Shown piece after piece: positions 1 through 8,300 of a DNA stretch of 32,000 nucleotides (the stretch's first letter is position 1; the number at the start of each line of letters is the position of its first letter). The notes under the pieces were generated by a model that worked only from the letters and a program-made list of their open reading frames with translations, had not been told where the DNA came from and searched no databases. A program made the position numbers and the translations under genes. The DNA is from Haloquadratum walsbyi C23 (GTDB lineage: Archaea; Halobacteriota; Halobacteria; Halobacteriales; Haloferacaceae). The stretch is taken from contig NC_017459.1 in NCBI RefSeq assembly GCF_000237865.1, forward strand, positions 870,001-902,000. Direction: 5' to 3'.

Positions 1-166
1 ATTTTAGTTGATTTGAGGCGCTAAGCCCCTCCTCAACGCCCGAACAGAGTGAGGGCGTAGGGAGGGGATACAGTGCCGCATAGTTTGGTTGCGCGTTCAT
101 CGCTACGTTTACTTTACTACCCACACGGGTGAGTCTGGTAGTACGATGCTCACCATGTCTCTAACA

Positions 167-420
167 CTGTCTCTTACCCATAGGTTCGTGGAGTCGTAAC
201 CGGGCGTTTCAGACGCTCTCAGAGGTATTTTGAACGCAAAAAATCGAGGCGAGAAGCGACTCAGACAGTGATATCGGCTGTGGGGGTTATAGAACGCCGG
301 TAATCAACTCCACTACAATTGTTCCAAAGAGGTGTTGAAACTGTAGATGCCGAGGATTTCAGTCGTGCTCGCCGATCCCGCTCCGCTACAATCCTGACTC
401 GATTTGTGGGTAAGAGACAG
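167..420. mobile_element. MITE-like non-autonomous insertion (254 bp) with perfect 14-bp terminal inverted repeats and a 10-bp target-site duplication
   Basis: Read directly. CTGTCTCTTACCCA (167-180) is the exact reverse complement of TGGGTAAGAGACAG (407-420). Both are flanked on the outside by the identical 10-mer GTCTCTAACA (157-166 and 421-430). There is no credible ORF inside. Confidence 0.75.
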
Positions 421-430
421 GTCTCTAACA

Positions 431-650
431 GTAACAGTGTTCAAGCGCGACAAGAAGCGCGCACCGTCGTTGTGGCCGAGTGTCCATCTGGGAGGAGTGG
501 GACACTCCGAACCACCTGTGAAGGGAAATCGCCTGCGGAGTCTGGAACCGCTGTGTCCACGTCGGGAACAAGTTCCAACACAGAGACAGGGAGCCCTGTC
601 CTCACCAAGCGAGGGGCGGGGAGCCCCGAGCGCGGTAGGGCAGGGTAGTT
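431..650. ncRNA. GC-rich hairpin-dense non-coding tract; candidate structured RNA of unassigned class
   Basis: Perfect stems are packed together: GCGCG/CGCGC (445-449/458-462), GAGTGTCC/GGACACTC (478-485/500-507) nested in GTGG/CCAC (472-475/512-515), CTGTGT/ACACAG (551-556/578-583), GACAGGG/CCCTGTC (585-591/595-601), CGGGG/CCCCG (617-621/624-628), and a possible closing stem ACCGC/GCGGT (547-551/632-636). Three overlapping ORFs here encode Arg/Gly/Ser-rich basic peptides unlike the acidic proteome. Confidence 0.3.
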
Positions 651-1135
651 CAGGAACTGCCATCTTTATTATTGGCTTGATCATCGACCTTGCGCGCATG
701 ATCATCTGCCGTTGAGATAGGCTGAGTGGTGGTAGTAGTCTCTTCAGGGTTGGTGTCGTCATTGTTTGCATCACCGATATAATCATAGTACCGGGTGGTT
801 AACCGGTATGTTCGATACGATGTAATGAGACCAAGAGCAATACTACCACTACCCCAACTCCACTGACCGCGAAACCCAATCAGAAGGATCCCGATTCCAA
901 TTCCAGCTACCGCGATATTCGCAAACACAACAGCCACGATGAAAAACCGTGCTTGCTTACCACTAATCGTTTCTCCTGACGCTGCTAATCCGGACTCTTC
1001 ACCTGTCGTTTTCGTACTAGGAATATCAACCGATGGAATCGAGACAAGATCATTCTCTGGATCCCCCCACCGTGACTCTGGGTCATATTCGGTTGGTTCG
1101 TCAGGCCACTCATCACTATCAAATGGCATACACAT
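650..1135 (-). CDS. hypothetical membrane protein (acidic N-terminal region, two predicted TM helices, acidic Thr/Asp-rich tail)
   Basis: ORF 650..1240, trimmed to the first ATG (1135-1133). The upstream GTG-initiated part (1193-1240) is the translation of a copy of the palindromic repeat family. Hydrophobic stretches are FFIVAVVFANIAVAGIGIGILLIGF and GSIALGLITSY. Confidence 0.5.
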   Translation of the reverse strand: MCMPFDSDEWPDEPTEYDPESRWGDPENDLVSIPSVDIPSTKTTGEESGLAASGETISGKQARFFIVAVVFANIAVAGIGIGILLIGFRGQWSWGSGSIALGLITSYRTYRLTTRYYDYIGDANNDDTNPEETTTTTQPISTADDHARKVDDQANNKDGSS

Positions 1136-1192
1136 AGAAATATCCGAGGAATCAAAAGGAGTTCCTTCGGCAAAACCTCCGCTGTGAAGTAC

Positions 1193-2145
1193 TCTAGGGG
1201 CAAGCCTCCATGTTTCACCATTCGGAGCTTTGCACCGCACCCAACAGGCGAATTTAGTTTAGTTAATATATGTAACGCTCAAAACTAATCAGCAGTATTC
1301 ACTGAGTGTAATCGTCTCTGACGTCTCAACCCATGCAAGAGGGTTCTGTGGGTCATAGAATACGATCCCGTCGTCAACTTCATATGATTCGACATCGTCG
1401 AGTCCTCTTGCTTCACCCACTCGCGCTGGTACAGGCGGCGATTCATCCGTCTGTTCGGAGTCCGCATGGTCGGACATCGTGTTAATTGGTAGAGTATGGC
1501 ATGACTTATACTAATCGGTGCTATCCAGATATCTTTCTAAGGAGTATAGCAAGAGTTTCACTGGTCAGTTGACCCGTGAAGTACCTCGGGGTCAAGCCCC
1601 GAGGCTTCACCGTTTGGGGTCTGCACAGCACCCGCAGGCGAATTTAATTCCCTCCGACCTTCCCCGTGAGGGGTCGGCTGGAATTAACACCCGAACTCCG
1701 CGAGGAGTCCGTGGAGGTCGGCGGCTTCACTCTGCCCGTTGAAACCCCCGTCGCACCACCATAGTAGCGGATTTTGAGAGCGGCCACATTTCCAAACTGT
1801 CAAACGACCAGCGAAGGAAATGAGGTCTTCATTTCCATACTTTGATGGGTTGTTTCTGGTGGTTGTCGCCATACCAACGCTAGAAATATTTAAATTTGTG
1901 GCATATAGTGACGGCATTCACCCTCGGGGTCAAGCCCCGAGGCACTCTGCCTGTTAATCTGTAGATAAGTCGCGTACGCTACTCTCACAATACATAGTTT
2001 CAATCTGCCAGAACCCGAGTTTTTCAGTACGAAAGCCAAGATAACTGCTTCACAATGTCCACGCACCTATAATCAAAAGCTGTAATACATTATGAGTCTA
2101 GTTGCATTGAGCGGGAGTGAAGCCGCCAACTTTCATCTCCACGGA
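1193..2145. repeat. cluster of at least five copies of a palindrome-bearing intergenic repeat family (PATE/MITE-like, possibly IS200/IS605-end derived)
   Basis: There are perfect hairpins CCTCGGGG-TCAAG-CCCCGAGG at 1584-1604 and 1922-1942. A degenerate collinear copy lies at 1193-1256 and shares GCAC.GCACCC..CAGGCGAATTTA with 1621-1646. Related units GGCGGCTTCACTC occur at 1720-1732 and, inverted, at 2115-2127. Confidence 0.7.
1289..1477 (-). CDS. small acidic conserved-looking haloarchaeal protein (62 aa), function unknown
   Basis: ATG-initiated ORF with a highly acidic composition typical of this proteome. The motif VFYDPQNPLAWVETS resembles small haloarchaeal proteins I recall but cannot name. 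Confidence 0.5.
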   Translation of the reverse strand: MSDHADSEQTDESPPVPARVGEARGLDDVESYEVDDGIVFYDPQNPLAWVETSETITLSEYC

Positions 2146-2374
2146 CATAATGCGGGTATTCGGACATTACTGCTTCCACACGGACCCAACGACAAGTGCA
2201 GAGTGAATTACTAATGTGGGATAACACGCGGACGCCACGGGTCACCTGTGGCAGTTCAATATACACACTCGATAGATATCTGCTGGTAAGTCCAGACTAG
2301 CAGTTGTTACTGCACTGTAAATTAACCTCAAAAACCGACCGACAACGTCACTGGTGTATACACTGGATCGATAA

Positions 2375-5300
2375 ATGCCGAAGTTTTTAGCCAACAGTGC
2401 CAAAACAATCGACATGAAACAGGCAGGGCTTTCAGACAACTGGAGTGATGCCGCTGATAGCGGTGCCGGCACATCCAACGCCCGGCCCGATGCAGAGGCC
2501 CTTGCGGTGGCTGGTAAAGATACACAGCATGTCTCTGCAATTGTCGACGCTGATGAGGTCCGCTTTCCTGATGCAGATGGGAGCGTTGAGTTACTTGTCA
2601 CGCAAGTCAACTATAGCGTTGAGCGTGCTGGTCATGAAGAATATCCCGTTGTCCATATTTTCGGACGGACGGCTGATGATACTGCTCATCATGTACGAGT
2701 GCTTGGATTTGAGCCATATTTTTATGCACCAACCGAATCGCTTAATGATGACTTACTTGATAATGATGCAATTACACGGACCGAATCAGGATATGAGAGT
2801 ATCCGTGGTGAGGAACTGACGAAGATCTGCACACGAACGCCGCGAGATGTTGGACAGATCAGAGATGACTTCGATCATTATGAAGCAGATATTCTGTTTC
2901 CAAATCGACTATTGATTGATAAAGATATCAAAAGTGGCATTCGAGTCCCAGCGCGACGGCTTGCTGATAAACCACAGACGATTCAGATTCCTCATACTGA
3001 AATTGAACCCGTTGATGTTGAGGCAAATCTTCGTGTCAATACATTTGATATTGAGGTTGATGACCGGTCAGGATTTCCTGAGGATGGTGAGGAACCAATT
3101 GTCTGTCTAACGAGTCATGACTCCGAGCGTGATGAATATATCACATGGCTTTATAACGCACCAAATGCGGCAGAGGATACTGATCCACCCGATTCGCTCG
3201 ATCGGGATGATGCAATTCGCTCAGACACAACTGCTGATGTTCGAACATTCAACCGCGAGGATGCGATGCTTGATGCATTCGTCTCATATATTGAGCAGAC
3301 CGATCCCGACATCTTAACCGGCTGGAACTGTCTTCCATCGGACGCTCGGATTCAGATGGCTGATGGAACTGAGACGGAAATTCATGCAGTCGAGATTGGT
3401 GATAATGTTATCGGTACAACCGATCAGCGCTCAGTGACCGCAACAGTGACGAACAAATGGAAGAGCGAAAGAGAGATCTATGAATTCTCTCTCGCAGATG
3501 GTACGTCTCTTCGATCCTCTGGTGATCATCGGATCATGATCAGCGACAGCAACACTGTTGGTTGGAAGAGCGGCAGTGATATTGAACAAGGAGAGTATGT
3601 GCTCAAACCACGACAATTGCCGGTTGATGATCCGACTATTCCAATAATCAATAATTTGCTTTCCTCTGAGTCCGCTAACATTATAGATACGTTAGAAGTG
3701 GATGCGTTGGATTCCACTGGAAGATCGATGAATATCCACTCATCGAATCCCCGAGAGTCAATAGCTCACACCGCTACACTCTCAATGGCAGACGGTGGAG
3801 ATCAAAAGCAGCGTAATGAGACAACTAATAATACGCTTGACCTGAACCGCACTGTTACTAAACAGGACCTGTATGCTATCGGGCGTGTGCTACATAATCG
3901 AATAACACCACGGCAGGATGGCATTACACCAGTTTCACAGGCTACACTAATTGATGATTCAGTCTTGAGTAGCCCCAGTCCTGCTAATACTCAGCATCAG
4001 TCCGATTCGATTCTCACCGAGGTAATTAGCTCTCTAAGAGGGTTAGTCAGTCCTGGTGCTCATGCAATTGACTTTTCAGCAATCTATGAGATGCCGAAAT
4101 CACATATCGCACAGTTCCTTGCAGGGACACTCGATGGCAGTGAAACGGATGAAACTACTTCATCAAACCTCACGATTACAACAGAGTCCGCCTCTATTGC
4201 CAGGTGGTATGCACGATTATATAGACGTCTTGGCATCTACGCACAACACCAAGCAGATGCTGTCCACATCGCGAACAACGCGTGTGACCTCCAGCGATTA
4301 TCTGATGCCATTCTTCCACGTCTGCGCTGTTCAGATACCATTGACTATGTCAAAACACAGATCGATACTGTCTGTGATTCTTCATTAAAACACTCACAGG
4401 CATCCTCGATTGGTCTGAGTAGAGATGAAGCTAACATACGACAATTTAGCGATGATGGACCTCAAAATAAATCCTACGCGGCCCAACCTGACAGCAGTGA
4501 TTATGATGATGACTGGAATGCGTACGTCTTTGTCGAAATTGAAGCGATAACTCTCAACGGGACTGAAACAACATACGATATTGAAACAACAACACACAAT
4601 TTTGTTGCTGATGATTGCTTAGTTCATAATTGCGATGACTTTGATGTACCATATTTCCTTGACCGAATGGAGGTCATCAACCCACAATCTGAGTATACCC
4701 TAACATCTGAGCGGTTCTCACGGATTGATGAGGTATGGCGAAGTGGGTGGGGTGGTCCAAACATTAAGGGTCGAGTCGTTTTTGATTTGCTTTATGCATA
4801 TAAGCGGACGCAGTTCACCGAATTAGAGTCATACCGATTAGATGCGGTTGGCGAACTCGAACTTGATGTTGGAAAAGAACGCTATCCTGGTGATATCGGT
4901 GATCTTTGGGAACAGGATCCACAGCAACTGCTTGAATATAATCTTCGCGATGTTGAATTGTGTGTTGAAATTGATCGAAAACAGGATATCATTGCTTTTT
5001 GGGATGAGGTGCGGTCCTTTGTCGGGTGTAAACTCGAAGATGCAACAACACCGGGTGACACCGTTGATATCTATATCCTTCATGAAGCACATGACCGCTT
5101 CGCCCTTCCATCAAAGGGACGGACTGACGCTGAAGATTATGAGGGAGGCGCAGTCTTTGATCCCGCAACTGGTGTCAAAGAGATGGTCGGTGTTCTGGAC
5201 CTGAAGAGTCTCTATCCGATGGCAATGACTACAATCAACGCCTCTCCGGAAACAAAAGTCGATCCAAAAAACTATGATGGTGATACCTTCCGTGCACCGA

Positions 5301-8300
5301 ATGGAACTCATTTCCGACGATCGCCAGATGGCATTATTCGTGAGATGATTGATGATCTTCTCGCAGAGCGCGAGGAGAAAAAGTCACTCCGGAATGAGTA
5401 TGACCCCGGTGAGTCAGTGTATGAGCAGTATGACCGACAACAGACCGCTGTGAAGGTCATCATGAATTGCTTCACACCTGACACAAATGTCCTCACACCG
5501 AATGGTGTCCGAAACATCCGTGATCTTACTGTTGGCGATTCTGTCTACTCACTCAATCCCGAAACAATGCAGATGGAAATAAAACCGGTTACACAGACAC
5601 ATGAGTATCCGGACTATCAGGGGGATCTCATTGATATTCAGACGAATGAGATTGATTTTCGTGTAACGCCAAATCACCGGATGCTTGTTGAAGCGACCGG
5701 AACAGATACGACTTCTACAAACGATTATGATTTCATTGAAGCTGGCAATCTTGATATAGCATCACGATATGAACTCCCACATGGTTGGTCGGTCGACCAT
5801 ACTGACTCACTCGGTGCGTATATTGATCTGATAGCTCTACTTCGAGAGCAATCTGACACCTATAATGTCCTTTCTGATGGAGGAATGACCACTGCAGCCA
5901 CAGCGGATATCAATCACAACAATGTGACACGTCGTGTTGACTCTGATACATTCGTTTCGCTTATTGGCTGGTATGTCGCTACTGGAAGGGTATCACGTAC
6001 TGAGAACGGCTCCGACCGAGTTTACCTGCAACTCTCACAGACGAATGCAAAAGCACGGACGCAACTCACGATGCTGCTTGATGAATTGGGCGTTGACTGG
6101 CAGGCCGATAATGAAAAAATACATTTTGTCAGTCATGTCTGGACTGAATTGTTTGACACAACCTGTGGGCGCACGGAGAAGAACAAGCATATTCCTGAAT
6201 TCATTTTCGATGCTTCTGCAAGTCAAAAGCGAGCATTCTTCGATGCGATTATCAATGGATCTGGCGTCAAGAATGATGATTCATACCAGTATCATACCTC
6301 AAGTGAAGATCTGCGTGATGATATCCTCCGGCTATGCGTCCATATTGGGATTGTCGCACGTTATGATTATATCAATGATGAATCGTGGCGAATTGAGTGT
6401 ACTGAAACGGCGAACCCCGAGTTTACTTTGACTCACAGTGGTCGGCAAAGCACTGCTGAGGACGGAGTTTACTGTGTCACTGTTGCGGACAATCAGACAC
6501 TTCTAGCTGGACGGAACGGGACGTTCCAATGGACTGGTAATTCGTTATATGGTGTTCTTGGCTGGGACCGCTTCCGACTGTATGATAAAGAGATGGGAGC
6601 AGCGGTGACTGCAACTGGAAGAGATGTGATTGAACATACCGCTGATGCGGCAAGTGATCTCGATAAGAGCGTTATTTATGGAGATAGCGTCACTGGTGAC
6701 CGTCCGGTTGTCGTTCGAGATCCAAGCGATTATATCCAGATCGTTCCGATTAAATTGCTGTTTGAGCAGGCGACAGCACCAGAACAAAACATACGTCTCA
6801 CTGCAGATGGGGCACCGAGTGGGAATTCTGAATTTCCAAAGGAACGACGTCACCTCGACCAGTGGGAAGCACTGTCGCTAAGTGATACTGGTGAGACGGA
6901 GTGGCAACCAATTGATCAAATAATTCGTCATCAAACAGACAAAGAAATCCTCACGCTTCAGCATGAGTATGGTGAATCAACAACAACTCGTGATCATTCT
7001 TATATCACTGCTGATGACGGAGGATATGTCGAAACATCTCCCGAAAATGTTGATGAGCCGCTTCCAATCCCAAATATAGCCCCGGTCAAGACAGTCGAAA
7101 CAATCGATATATATCAGACATTGACGACAGACACACAAGCACAGATTGGAAGTGATACTGAACCCGACAAATGGCTTCCATCTGCAGATTGCATTCACGC
7201 CAATGACGAATATGTCTGGATTGACACTACAGATAAGCAACAACATAGAGATGATTCGATACCTACAATTCCACGATATATCGATTTAAGCAGTGATACA
7301 GGGCATGCACTTATTCGCTTTCTTGCCGTCTATCTGTCCGACTGGAGTGAATCGACAATTACGACAACTGAACGTGGACGGTGTCTACATATCACAGGAC
7401 CACAAGAATCAGCATTAAAAACCTGTGCGGCAGATGCTGATCAGTTATTCACACATATCACACCTAGTATCACAGTAGATGCCGAAAGCAATACTAACAC
7501 TGTTGATTCAGGATTTACGTGTCATATACCGACGACACTCGCTACGGCACTCATCAGCGCGTTCGCTGGTCATCCAGCACATACCAAACAAATTCCTTCG
7601 ATTGTGTATCATCTTCCAGCTGCTGAACAATCGTTGTTTATACGGCATCTAATACAAGCAGAGTCCACCCCCGAATCGGATGGCGTGTCGGGACGTCCCC
7701 AGAAGAGTAATAAGCCGATATTACTGGAAAATGAGTTTATCACCACTAATCGTGAACTCGCCGCCGGTGTGTCGATGTTGCTTACACAGTGTGGGCAGTC
7801 GTACACCATATCGAAGCAAGATACAAAAGGTGCATACACGATACACATCAATAATTCGTCACCCTCTGGGTGTACTCCTACTCTCACTGAGACAACCCAC
7901 TCTGGATATGTATATGATCTTAGTGTCGCAACAAACCAGAACTTCGTTGATGGACTCGGTGGGCTTGTGCTACATAATACCGACTCAGTGATGTTGGAAC
8001 TTGGCGATGATATAACCGAGCAGGAGGCGATTGAGCAGTCATTTGAGGTTGAAGAATATATCAACGACTCCTATGATGAATTTGCTCGCGAAGAACTCGA
8101 TGCAGTTCGACATCGATTTGAAATTGAGTTTGAAAAACTTTATCGACGGTTCTTCCAAGCTGGCAAGAAAAAACGATATGCAGGTCACATTGTCTGGAAG
8201 GAAGGAAAAGATGTCGACGATATTGATATCACTGGATTTGAGTATAAGCGATCAGATATTGCACCGATTACGAAAGAGGTCCAGCGTCGTGTCATTGAGA

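Noticed and set aside
167-185. CTGTCTCTTA as Tn5/Nextera adapter contamination
   Set aside because: The sequence diverges from the mosaic end after 10 nt. It is present as a perfect inverted pair 240 bp apart and is bracketed by a 10-bp target duplication, which is a genuine transposon signature.
206-215. GTTTCAGACG, identical to the first 10 nt of haloarchaeal type I-B CRISPR repeats as I recall them
   Set aside because: It is a single occurrence with no repeat-spacer periodicity nearby and lies inside the MITE. It is most likely coincidence.
431-650. Assigning the structured tract to RNase P RNA or SRP (7S) RNA
   Set aside because: I could not find the universal RNase P CR-I GAGGAAAGUCC / ACAGAA..GGCUUA elements or the SRP helix-8 GGAAG..AGCA motif on either strand. 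The superficial matches (GGUAAGAG, UAGGGCAGGGU) are in the wrong order, so the class is left unassigned.
313-786. Three overlapping ORFs (313..786 minus, 319..648 plus, 404..715 plus) as possible genes
   Set aside because: They overlap each other, the MITE and the hairpin tract. Their products are basic and Arg/Gly/Ser/Cys-rich, unlike the acidic proteome. They are more parsimoniously explained as GC-rich non-coding sequence.
1518-1917. ORFs 1518..1742 (+) and 1684..1917 (-) as genes
   Set aside because: Both are read through copies of the palindromic repeat family (for example PRGQAPRLHR is the hairpin). They have basic or Trp/Cys-rich composition and no acidic bias.
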